A DNA stretch of 64,000 nt from an uncultured delta proteobacterium (GTDB taxonomy: Bacteria; Desulfobacterota; Desulfomonilia; Desulfomonilales; Desulfomonilaceae). Shown one piece after another: positions 1 to 8,973 of this stretch (its first letter is position 1; every line of letters starts with the position of its first letter). Position numbers and translations under genes: made by a program. The stretch lies in the NCBI GenBank assembly GCA_963789265.1, contig CAWBKB010000007.1, positions 1 through 64,000 of the forward strand, in the 5' to 3' direction. The notes below the pieces were generated by a model. The model worked only from the letters and a program-made list of their open reading frames with translations. It searched no databases and was not told the DNA's origin.

Positions 1-896
1 AGTATGTCGTCCATGTCGGGCGTCGTTAGCAGGGCGAGTGTAGAACCCTGGAGAAGCGAGGACAACATGATGACGACCTGACCATATATGTGAAAGAATG
101 GCAAAAACGCGACAATTACATCTTTGCCGGGCTCCAAGACGTCCTTCCAGAACGCGAGGGCCTGAGCCTGACATGCCACGAGATTCCTGTGCGTCAAAAT
201 CGCCGCCTTGGGCAGCCCGGTGGTTCCGCCGGTGTAGGGCAGCACAGCTACGTCCCGGTCGGCTTGAATAGGAATCTTGGGAGGATCGGCAGCATATTTC
301 GCGATGAGATCCTGGAACTGATGGAACCCCGCTCCCTTGAGTGCCTTGGGAACCTGGACTTGCATTTCCCGGTAGACCTTTCCAAGTGCGCTCTTGCCGA
401 AGAGTCTCTTTAACCACGGCAGGTACTCGCTGACATTTGTCAGGATTACGTTGTCGAGCTTAACGCCGCTTTTTTCGACGTTATCGTACAGGATATCCTG
501 ACAAACTAAAGTTTTTGCCCCGCTGTCCGTAAGTTGGTGCTTGACTTCACTGCTGGTGTAAACGGGACTTATCGGCGTTATCACCGCCCCGGTCTTGAGT
601 GCCCCCAGATAAGCAATCACGTACTGTGGGCAGTTCAGAAGATAAAGTGCTACGCAGTCCCCTTTTGCTACACCCAAATCTCCCAGGGCTGTGGCAAACT
701 TGTCCACAAACTGTCTCAGATCCCCGTACGTGATTCTTTTGCCGTAGAAGATAAGGGCTTCCTTGCCGGAGAATTTTTCGGTCACCTGATCAAATAGCTC
801 TGGAACAGATTGATCAGGGATTTTGATTTGCTCCGGCACGCTTTCAGGATAGTGACGCAACCACGGTTTAGATAAGTAGAACTCTTTGGCATCCAT
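1..896 (-). CDS. Long-chain fatty acid--CoA ligase / AMP-binding enzyme (5' part; runs off the window start)
   Basis: Not in the ORF track because it is truncated. Minus strand reads MDAKEFYLSKPWLRHYPESVPEQIKIPDQSVPELFDQ...AFLPFFHIYGQVVIML, typical of the FadD family. GGAG RBS upstream of ATG 896. Confidence 0.85.
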   Translation of the reverse strand, partial: MDAKEFYLSKPWLRHYPESVPEQIKIPDQSVPELFDQVTEKFSGKEALIFYGKRITYGDLRQFVDKFATALGDLGVAKGDCVALYLLNCPQYVIAYLGALKTGAVITPISPVYTSSEVKHQLTDSGAKTLVCQDILYDNVEKSGVKLDNVILTNVSEYLPWLKRLFGKSALGKVYREMQVQVPKALKGAGFHQFQDLIAKYAADPPKIPIQADRDVAVLPYTGGTTGLPKAAILTHRNLVACQAQALAFWKDVLEPGKDVIVAFLPFFHIYGQVVIMLSSLLQGSTLALLTTPDMDDI

Positions 897-938
897 CAGA
901 TTCACTCCGGCTGAGAATTGCGGTACGGACAGCAGACG

Positions 939-1979
939 TTAATCCAAAGAAGCGGTGCAGACGCGGCAAGTCTTGCGAGTGGCAATGCTTCTCACCTTGC
1001 ACCTCGGACATTCCTTTTCGATCTTGTCCCGGATCCACGGTATTAGTCCTTCAGGCATAAAGATCAGCGTGAGCAGGACCAGAAAAGCAAAGATCAGCAA
1101 GCGATAGTCTGCCATAGGTCTGAGGAATTCCGACAGCAACGACAGGATGAACACGCCTGCTACAGGCCCGTATATGGAAACGATGCCGCCGAACACTGAC
1201 CAGATAATTACCTGGAACGACATTGACACTTCCAGGGTCGAGGGGCCGACAGTGCGCATGACGTGGGCATACAGCCCACCTGCGATTCCCGCGAAAAAGC
1301 CGCTCAAACAGAATGCGAGAAGCTTATATCGGGTCGTGTTGATCCCGCCTGCCCTGACAGCGAGTTCGTCTTCGCGGATGGCATGAAATATGATTCCGGT
1401 TTTGGAATCGGTAATTTTCCACATCGCGAAAGTCAGTGCGAGCATCAAAATCACGCAGATGTAGTAATCGTGGATTCGAGAACCGGAGAGTCTGTCCAGC
1501 CCCGAGATCCCCAGTTCGCCTCCGGTCAAATTCGGTAACGCGAAGACCAGCCCCATGAGGATGACCGGAAAGGCCAAAGTGGTCAAAGCGAGGTACGTGC
1601 CTCTCAGCCTGAGACAGGGTATTCCTACTATCAGCCCGGTTAGCACGGCGGCACAGGCCCCAAGCGGGATGGTAAAGATGTGAGGAATCTTGGCATATAC
1701 ATTTATCAACCCGCTCGTATAGGCAGCAACACCAAAAAAAAGCGCATGCCCGAAATTTATCTGGCCGGTGAAGCCGGAAAGTAGATCCCAACTGGCGGCA
1801 AAAATCGCGAACACGCTGGTTAGGATGAGAACCCGCAGCCAATATGGGTCCTGCGTGTAAACGGGCAGGAGGAGGAGCACCACCACGAATACAAGGACGG
1901 CCACACGACTGGGAAGAACCAGCACTTCCGTTCGGAGCAAGGTGAAGATACTTCTGATATAGAACCAGACAAGTCCCAT
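939..1979 (-). CDS. livM: Branched-chain amino acid-type ABC permease (LivM family) with C-terminal Cys4 motif
   Basis: SWDLLSGFTGQINFGHALFFG, LRLRGTYLALTTLAF and AIREDE motifs. Tail CPRC...CRVC. Start taken at MGLVWF. Confidence 0.9.
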   Translation of the reverse strand: MGLVWFYIRSIFTLLRTEVLVLPSRVAVLVFVVVLLLLPVYTQDPYWLRVLILTSVFAIFAASWDLLSGFTGQINFGHALFFGVAAYTSGLINVYAKIPHIFTIPLGACAAVLTGLIVGIPCLRLRGTYLALTTLAFPVILMGLVFALPNLTGGELGISGLDRLSGSRIHDYYICVILMLALTFAMWKITDSKTGIIFHAIREDELAVRAGGINTTRYKLLAFCLSGFFAGIAGGLYAHVMRTVGPSTLEVSMSFQVIIWSVFGGIVSIYGPVAGVFILSLLSEFLRPMADYRLLIFAFLVLLTLIFMPEGLIPWIRDKIEKECPRCKVRSIATRKTCRVCTASLD

Positions 1980-1980
1980 T

Positions 1981-2850
1981 TTATCTCTCTTCCTCAAAGG
2001 CGACGCCGAACAGTCCCTCGGGACGTATCACCAGCACCAGAATCATGATGGACAGTGCTATCGAGCGGCTAAGAAACGCCGCATTCGGAAAAGCGAAGAC
2101 CACCGCCGTCTCGGTGAAGCCCAAAATGTAGCTTGCAATGAAGCTGCCTTTGATGCTGCCCAAGCCGCCGAGAACCACGATGGCCAACATCATGATCAGG
2201 GGCTCCATCCACATGTGCGGCTCAATCACGCGAAGAGGCGCTACTACAGCGCCGGCCACGGCAGCCAGGCCGACGGAAATGCCGAGGGTGATCATGATTT
2301 CTCTGTTCACATCAATACCCATCAGATTGGCTACCTCTCGGTCCTGGGCCGTGCATCTTATGCCCAGGCCGATTTTGGTCTTCAGCAGGAAAAGCCAGGT
2401 GGCCAATAATGCCAGTACGGCTACGGCCAGGGCCAAAAGGTGCTGGTTGGCTACCTTGATTCCTCCCACAACCATAAAGCCGGTCGCTAATGGCGGCACG
2501 CTCAGGTAGCTCCCGTGAAAGCAGATGAGGAGAATTTCCTGAATAACCATTGCCAGAGCTATTGTCGCTATCAAAACCGCAGATTCATGTTCTCGAATGG
2601 GTTTGATGAACAGTTGGTAGCAGACAAGCCCAAGTATGATAGTGAGCAGGATCGAAAGTAGGCTGGCCGAAAGAGGCGACATCCCCCAGTACGCAAGGCC
2701 GATATGAATAAAATATGCCGTGGCCATGTAAAAAGCGGTGTGAGCGATGTTGACAACCCGCGCCACTCCGAAAATCAGTGAAAAACCTATGGCCAGCAAT
2801 GCGTATACGCTGCCGTAGATCAATCCATTAATGATGATCTCTTCGACCAT
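1981..2850 (-). CDS. livH: Branched-chain amino acid-type ABC permease (LivH family)
   Basis: INGLIYGSVYALLAIGFSLIFGV, VVLGGLGSIKG and RPEGLFG motifs. Confidence 0.92.
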   Translation of the reverse strand: MVEEIIINGLIYGSVYALLAIGFSLIFGVARVVNIAHTAFYMATAYFIHIGLAYWGMSPLSASLLSILLTIILGLVCYQLFIKPIREHESAVLIATIALAMVIQEILLICFHGSYLSVPPLATGFMVVGGIKVANQHLLALAVAVLALLATWLFLLKTKIGLGIRCTAQDREVANLMGIDVNREIMITLGISVGLAAVAGAVVAPLRVIEPHMWMEPLIMMLAIVVLGGLGSIKGSFIASYILGFTETAVVFAFPNAAFLSRSIALSIMILVLVIRPEGLFGVAFEEER

Positions 2851-2958
2851 GTAGAAACTCCACGGTTCGAATCAGAACTCTCACATTGAGAAGGCCCGGA
2901 AGTAGCCAAGTGAAAACTTGGAGCCTATCTCCCAATTCCGATGATATATTGTTCTTCT

Positions 2959-3082
2959 CGTTCCCGGGCTCTGCCCGGGAATGCCTGCCCTGGAGGCTCT
3001 GCCTCCCCTATTACAGCGAAATAAAGGCAGTTTGCGGGCAGAGCCCGCTTGAGGTGGATTCCCAGGCGGAGCCTGGGAACCA
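2959..3082. repeat. REP-like palindromic pair (GTTCCC.GGCTC.GCC.GGGAA family); related copy near 40302-40328
   Basis: cgttcccgggctctgcccgggaatg ... gattcccaggcggagcctgggaacc; similar ggttcccaggcggatcctgggaacg at ~40303. Confidence 0.6.
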
Positions 3083-3104
3083 GGACTAAAGTCCTTTGAG
3101 CTTT

Positions 3105-3163
3105 GGTGGGACAGGCAGCTTGCCTGTCTATGCAGGAATGACTGGCAAGATGCCTGTCCCACC
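3105..3163. repeat. REP doublet of the GTGGGACAGGCATCTTGCCTGTC family; further copies at ~23283-23340, 33947-33970, 46741-46810, 49245-49287, 53547-53650, 57523-57575
   Basis: ggtgggacaggcagcttgcctgtc ... gactggcaagatgcctgtcccacc is an inverted doublet that recurs across the window. Confidence 0.8.
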
Positions 3164-3276
3164 GATACGACGATCACGAATCAAAGCATCGTGACCGAAT
3201 TTACGAGACAGAACGCTTGTCGAACGTGACGATTCCCCATATCAGGCTCCTCGCGGAATGCGTCGGCGCGAAGATC

Positions 3277-4557
3277 TCACTTCTTTTTCTTGTAGTGTTC
3301 CACCATTACAGCAGGCAGCTTATACGGCACTGCGCCCTCGTACGTGACGCCTTTCCAGCCATTGGGCCATATGCACATATTCTTTCCATCCTGCCACTGC
3401 GTACCCACTGAGGTGGCATAGCCCGGCCCGAACTTGATGTCGTGGTCCTTGGTAAATACAATTCTTGCAGAACTTTCCTTGAGATCGGTCTTCTCCAATA
3501 TCGGAACCAGTTTGTCCGCATCCAAAGCTCCGGCTTTCTCTATAGCGTTCTTTAGAACGTAAATGGCGTCGTGGGTGGCCGCGGTGTAATTGGGAGCCTC
3601 TTTGAATCTTTTTTTGTACTCGTCGAAGAACGGGATTGTCTTGTCAGTGATCTTCACGCGCGCATACGTGCCGAGAGTGGTGCTGTAGTTCCCGTTTCCG
3701 TTCGTTGCATCCCAAAAGCCGTCCTTTTGCGCTTCCACGTTAATTCCAACCAGCGGGGCGGGAATCTTGAGTTCTCCAGCTTGCTTGGCAAAGGGAATGC
3801 CCACTGAAGACGAGAAGGTTGTAAAGATGATATTGGCTCCGGAATGTTGAATCGCGGTGAGTTCTGCCGTTGTGTCGGTAGCCGTGGGCGAGGGTCGCCA
3901 GACTCCGACTATTTCCATACCCATCTTGGGTAGAATGGCCTGGGCAGCCTTCACTATGGGCTCTGCCCATGCTGCTTTTTCAGCAACAACGGCAACCTTG
4001 GGCTTGGTGATGCCCAGTTCCTTCTTCATAGTTTCGGCCACCGTATTAAGAATTATGAAATCCACCTGGCCCAGATGCTTGGAATTAATGGGTGTCAGAC
4101 GGAACCAGTATTTGTAACGGTTATAATTTTTGGTGACCCGCTCGCAGAGGCTGGGGTCGGCCGCACCGCATCCTATGAAAATCTTCTTGGCGTCCATCGC
4201 GATGTCCTGCATCGCCAGCACGGCCTCTGTGCGAAAACCTCCAATCAATAAGTCCGCTTTGTCCCTGCTGATGGCCATTTCCATAGCGTTCGTAGCGTCA
4301 GGAATACTCAGGAACTCATTAGAGTCCACCTTGATCACCTTGACCGGACGCTTGACACCCTTCACGTTTATGCCTCCGGCCTTATTGATTTCGTCGGCGG
4401 CCAGCGTGGCACCATTCCAGTGTCCCTTTCCCTGTGTGTATTGCATTGGCCCGATAACGGCGATCTTTATCGGATCGGCTCCCCAGGCATGAAGGCCCAC
4501 TGTCAAAAACAGTGCGAGGGCCAGGAAAACAGTCCCACAGATGCTCGACATCTTCAT
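3277..4557 (-). CDS. ABC transporter substrate-binding protein (LivK / Peripla_BP_6 family)
   Basis: Signal peptide, then IKIAVIGP...AADEINKAGGI; upstream of livH and livM. Confidence 0.9.
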   Translation of the reverse strand: MKMSSICGTVFLALALFLTVGLHAWGADPIKIAVIGPMQYTQGKGHWNGATLAADEINKAGGINVKGVKRPVKVIKVDSNEFLSIPDATNAMEMAISRDKADLLIGGFRTEAVLAMQDIAMDAKKIFIGCGAADPSLCERVTKNYNRYKYWFRLTPINSKHLGQVDFIILNTVAETMKKELGITKPKVAVVAEKAAWAEPIVKAAQAILPKMGMEIVGVWRPSPTATDTTAELTAIQHSGANIIFTTFSSSVGIPFAKQAGELKIPAPLVGINVEAQKDGFWDATNGNGNYSTTLGTYARVKITDKTIPFFDEYKKRFKEAPNYTAATHDAIYVLKNAIEKAGALDADKLVPILEKTDLKESSARIVFTKDHDIKFGPGYATSVGTQWQDGKNMCIWPNGWKGVTYEGAVPYKLPAVMVEHYKKKK

Positions 4558-4719
4558 GACGCTCTCCTCTCTCGGAAAATTGTTTGTCGAAGGTTCGACT
4601 CTCCCTCTCGAGTGGCGCCCGAACCCCGGGGCCGGGTGCGAAGCCCGAGTTGTAGGCCTTCATTGTCGCCGGCGCCTCTGCCTCCTGCCTACAAACAAAT
4701 CTCATTCGGCACCGGCACC

Positions 4720-5877
4720 TCAGCTTCTGAGTAGTTCCCTGGCGATCACCAAGCGCTGGATCTCATTGGTGCCCTCATAGATTCGCGCAAGGCGGAGATC
4801 CCGATAATAGCGCTCCACAGGATAGTCCTTCATGTATCCCATTCCACCATGTATTTGAACAGCCATATCGGCCACCCGATTGGCCATTTCAGTGCAAAAG
4901 AGCTTAACCATGGATGCTTCCTTTATTACGGATGCACCCCTGGTGTCCCTAAGCCATGCAGCATGGTAAACTATTTGACGTCCCGCGTAGATCTGAGTGG
5001 CCATGTCCGCCAACATTATCTGAATGGCCTGGAACTCGGCTATGGGTTTGCCGAACTGCACACGCTGCTTGGCATAATCAATGGAAAGCTCCAGCAGCTT
5101 CTGTGCTGCTCCAAGGCTCGAAGCCCCCATAGTGATCCGGCCCTTATCCAGGATCCTCATCGCGGTCTTGAACCCCTGGCCGATGTTGGCCTCGCCGCCG
5201 ATGACGTTCTCCTGGGGGACCTCACAGTCTTCGAAGATCAGCTCGCTCGTGTGGGAGCCGCGCATACCCATCTTTCGTTCGATGGTACCTACTTTGAAGC
5301 CGGGAAAAGTCTTCTCAACGATGAAGGCAGTGATCCCTCCCCTAGCCCTCTTACTCCGGTCAGTCACGGCAAAGACGGTTGCCACGTCCGAAATATTCCC
5401 GTTGGTGATGAAATGCTTGCGACCGTTTAAGATCCAGCGGTCGCCCCTGAGCTCAGCCATGGTCTGGATACTCGCGGCGTCAGACCCGGCCTCAGGTTCG
5501 GTGAGCGCGAAACACCCGGTCCACTCGCCGGATGCCAATTTTGACAAATATCGCTGCTTTTGCTCCGGAGTACCATCCAAAACAATGCCCTGCGAGCCGA
5601 TTCCGTTATTTGTGCCGAAGCGTGTCCCGAAACAGCCATTGATTTTGCCCATTTCCTCATCGACCAGGCACAGACCCAGAAGGCTCAGTCCCAAACCGCC
5701 ATACTCCTCAGGAATAGCCATGCCGAACAGGCCCAGGTCACGCATCTTCTGCACAATATGCTCGGGAATCCTGTCTTCCTCTTCCACTTGCCGACTAATG
5801 GGCTCGAGGTCTTGTTTCACAAAGCGCCGTACGGTGTCCACCATAAGGCGCAGGCTCTCCGGAATATCGAACTCCAT
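4720..5877 (-). CDS. Acyl-CoA dehydrogenase
   Basis: PEEYGGLG, FALTEPEAGSDA, LNGRKHFITNG, QIHGGMGY and IYEGTNEIQR motifs. Start at MEFDIP with a GGAG RBS. Confidence 0.95.
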   Translation of the reverse strand: MEFDIPESLRLMVDTVRRFVKQDLEPISRQVEEEDRIPEHIVQKMRDLGLFGMAIPEEYGGLGLSLLGLCLVDEEMGKINGCFGTRFGTNNGIGSQGIVLDGTPEQKQRYLSKLASGEWTGCFALTEPEAGSDAASIQTMAELRGDRWILNGRKHFITNGNISDVATVFAVTDRSKRARGGITAFIVEKTFPGFKVGTIERKMGMRGSHTSELIFEDCEVPQENVIGGEANIGQGFKTAMRILDKGRITMGASSLGAAQKLLELSIDYAKQRVQFGKPIAEFQAIQIMLADMATQIYAGRQIVYHAAWLRDTRGASVIKEASMVKLFCTEMANRVADMAVQIHGGMGYMKDYPVERYYRDLRLARIYEGTNEIQRLVIARELLRS

Positions 5878-6153
5878 AAATGCGCTCCTTAATTGGGTCG
5901 CAAGCGTGGCTCCGCTCAAAGCAGAGTGTTGATAAAAGCGAGAACAAATGGCACCCGTGCCCGGCTGAAAGCCTGGCAGGCGCACATAGCAAAAATCGTG
6001 GGGATACTCATGAATACATCAAGGTCACGCACGAGAAATCTCGGTCTCATGCATTCCACTTTGGACGCCGCGGCCCGAGCACAGAAAGAATAGGTCCAGC
6101 GTGACCCGAACCAGCCGGCGTGCCGTTCCTGCCGTAAACCAATGTTTCCATCC

Positions 6154-7401
6154 CTATTGAGGCTGTTCGTGAACAGAGTTTGCGATCACCGCTGAAGTCA
6201 GCAGGTCGGTTATCTGATCGATCTCGTCCATCGTGTCAACATGAGCGGATTCTCGCGAGACAAGCCAACGGAGAGCCGTATGGCTGAACGCGCCGAGAAA
6301 CATATTCCGGAAGACCCTGGAATTAACGGTCGGGCGAAAAATACCCTCGGCTTTTCCTTCTTCAATGACGTCCTCGATTAGTCCGTAATAGCTGCGAAAG
6401 TCGTCAAAGGCCTTGGACGAGTAAAACCGTTGGTTGATCTGAAGTTGCAGAAGAAATACCCTCAGAAAGTCGCGGTCATGCAGAAAGCTGGAGAAATGGT
6501 ACTTGATAAGTCTGCGGAGCTTGCGGTCCGGGCTCTTGATTTCAAAGGCGCCGGAGACCCCCTTCAGGTAGGAGTCGAATCGATTTGTTGCTAAGGACAG
6601 AAGAATGTCTTCCTTGCCTTGAAAGTACTCATAGATAGTCGCGTCGGCTACACCCGCCAGGCCGGCAATCTCGGATATGGTCGCCTGGGCGTAACCCTTT
6701 GCAGCGAAGATTTTCTTGGCCGCGTTGATTATGGCATCCAAACGATTGACTCGGGTGCCTTCTGCCGGCGTCTTGGCCAAAATCATGGAATCCACCAGAT
6801 TTACCACTTCTTCAAAATCCAGTTCGCCGGATTCCACTTCTTGGATCGCCAGGGAGCTTATGGTTTCCATGTCAAGCGTTCCCAGGATAACATCTCGCAT
6901 GAGCCGGATGTGGACATCGGAGCGAAATCTCCCCTCCTTAACTCCTCGATCCAGTATTGAAGAGACTATGTGAGTATACTTACGAACGATTTCATAGGCA
7001 GGGCTGGAATAATATCCTTTGAAAGACCGGCATTCCATTAGGAGTAAACGGGCATAACCCCGGTGAGCGTCGTGGTATCGGAGTTGCAACCATATAAGTT
7101 TTTGAAGTTGGCTCTGCACGTCTGGAATCCCTGCAAGATGCTCTTTTAGCAAGGCCAACTGTCTTTTCAATTTTTCGCCCGGCACGGAGAAGAGGAGGTC
7201 TTGTTTGCCCTTGAAATACTGGTAGATAACGGAATCGGTCACATTCGCCTTGCGAGCGATCTCGGAAATGGAGGAGGAGGCAAAGCCTTTCTCCGACATC
7301 ACCTCTTCTGCTGCGGCCAAGATCTTCCATTTGGTTACCTGAGCCGGGTTGTCATTTCGACTTTGCGCCGGAGCGCTTGTATGGTCGCGGACCGACTGCA
7401 T
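6154..7401 (-). CDS. Tandem double TetR/AcrR-family transcriptional regulator
   Basis: Two HTH units (ILAAAEEVMSEKGF...IYQYFKGKQDLL and IINAAKKIFAAKGY...IYEYFQGKEDIL), each followed by a TetR_C-like domain. Start uncertain (7401 or 7464). Confidence 0.88.
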   Translation of the reverse strand: MQSVRDHTSAPAQSRNDNPAQVTKWKILAAAEEVMSEKGFASSSISEIARKANVTDSVIYQYFKGKQDLLFSVPGEKLKRQLALLKEHLAGIPDVQSQLQKLIWLQLRYHDAHRGYARLLLMECRSFKGYYSSPAYEIVRKYTHIVSSILDRGVKEGRFRSDVHIRLMRDVILGTLDMETISSLAIQEVESGELDFEEVVNLVDSMILAKTPAEGTRVNRLDAIINAAKKIFAAKGYAQATISEIAGLAGVADATIYEYFQGKEDILLSLATNRFDSYLKGVSGAFEIKSPDRKLRRLIKYHFSSFLHDRDFLRVFLLQLQINQRFYSSKAFDDFRSYYGLIEDVIEEGKAEGIFRPTVNSRVFRNMFLGAFSHTALRWLVSRESAHVDTMDEIDQITDLLTSAVIANSVHEQPQ

Positions 7402-8181
7402 AATACGCTTGCGGCCTCCTTGCCAAGGGCCTGATATCTCGACTTTGTTCAGAGCCTCTTTCAAATGGAGTGCGGTCAGTTCGGGTGACCGGAATTTTTC
7501 CGAAGCCTTGCTATGTTGTCAGAATAAGATTACGACCGCTCCAGGCTTCATAACATCCTTTATACAAGTGCCGGACTTTCTTCTCATTAAAACCGGTTAG
7601 GCGGTGAGCCAATCCGCTTTGTTAGAGAACTCGTTCCGGCCGGTCCTTTCTCCATCACAGCATTACCCGTTCGATCAGCTTCGGACCGGGAGGCGAGTGT
7701 GGTGTCATTTAAGAGGTCGGATGAAGAGGCGCATCTCCACGAGGCCGCCGATCGTGGCCCGATTTTTCCGTCAGGACGGCCGCATCCGGGTCCGCCGAAA
7801 AGCTGAAATTCGAATCTGCTTCAAAAAGAGAGTGAACTCTTGGGCCAGATATTCCCCGCGTCCAAGAAGGGTAGTGTGACACGATGGCGAATCAGTGTCA
7901 AGCGGAATTTATTTCCGAATAAGATTCTGAACCCTCAATCGGCGGCTGCAATATTCCGTGAGAAGATCAGGGGATCAGTGCCTCAGGATCGCCACTTCAA
8001 ATGCGGAGAGGATTCGGACGGAGCAGGAAAACCGAGTGCGAGTGTGGAATGCCACTTTGTTCAACCGATGGGTATTTCGCGCCCGCCAATATACCCATGT
8101 TTTGAGTATTTTTTCCCCTCTACGACTTGTCGCCAACCCGACAAATCTGTAACATACCGCAACTTAATGCCTTGTTCTCTT

Positions 8182-8197
8182 TGGCACGAATGTTGTA
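8182..8197 (+). promoter_or_regulatory. Possible sigma54 (-24/-12) promoter
   Basis: TGGCAC-N5-TTGTA, one mismatch to TGGCAC-N5-TTGCW. Inverted repeat TGTCG-N6-CGACA at 8128-8143. Confidence 0.3.
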
Positions 8198-8492
8198 ACA
8201 GTATACTGCAATTTCGAGGATTGATTTTTTGAGGCGGCGCTATTGACGTTGCAGGGATGTGCAGGATCTTAATAATCGTTTCCTAATTAATGCGCGTGCG
8301 ACGTGCACAAATTGAATCCGGCCGAATTGGTACAGCAGCGGCAAAGAGCGAATCTTTAGTTTTGTGGTGCTGCCGCCTCGACTGCTTTTCTTTACATACC
8401 TCTTTTTCTGAGGTGACGCCAAGGATTGGAAGATGTCCTTGGCGTTTTTTTCTCCAAGAATTATGACTTAGAGAAAGGCTACTAGTCGCTTA

Positions 8493-8615
8493 GTACAGAT
8501 TTTGATAAATACGGTCGCGGATTTTCACCCTGGAGATTGCTTTCCCGCGTCTCGCGGTAAAGCAATCTTCTTCCGTACTGGCTCTTAACGTCACCGTGTT
8601 TGGGAAAGAGAGTAC
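8493..8615. mobile_element. MITE-like element with GTAC termini, copy 1
   Basis: Left end gtacagattttgataaatacggt, right end accgtgtttgggaaagagagtac (imperfect TIR), flanks tta/tca. Homologous to 14318-14478. Confidence 0.6.
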
Positions 8616-8973
8616 TCAGGTCGGGGGTGGCGAGAGATTGTTCTGGAGCACAGAGTTTCCTGGACAGTTCTACTCCTCGCGGATATAATTTAAACATTGG
8701 AGTAGTTTTGCAGGAGATTCGCTGCCCGGACTCGTGGGGGGCAAGATTAGTTGGGCGATTCGCTTATTTTTTGTCAATGATCTCAGATTGTTTACGCTTT
8801 ATCCTTAGCGGCAGCATTTAGGCGCTGGACATAATGCTTACCCTCCCGTTACCTTATCCATAAGGGGCTGGCGCCATGATAGGACCGGCCAAGACTAAAA
8901 CGCTGCACATCTCCATGGTTCGCTATCCACTCACCGGCCCCGATTTCTATGACCGCGGTTATAGGAGTGAAGC

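Noticed and set aside
4849..5932. Long antisense ORFs over the acyl-CoA dehydrogenase (and similar shadows over etfB, rpoD and mutS2)
   Set aside because: Shadow frames of well-supported genes on the opposite strand, with no motifs of their own.
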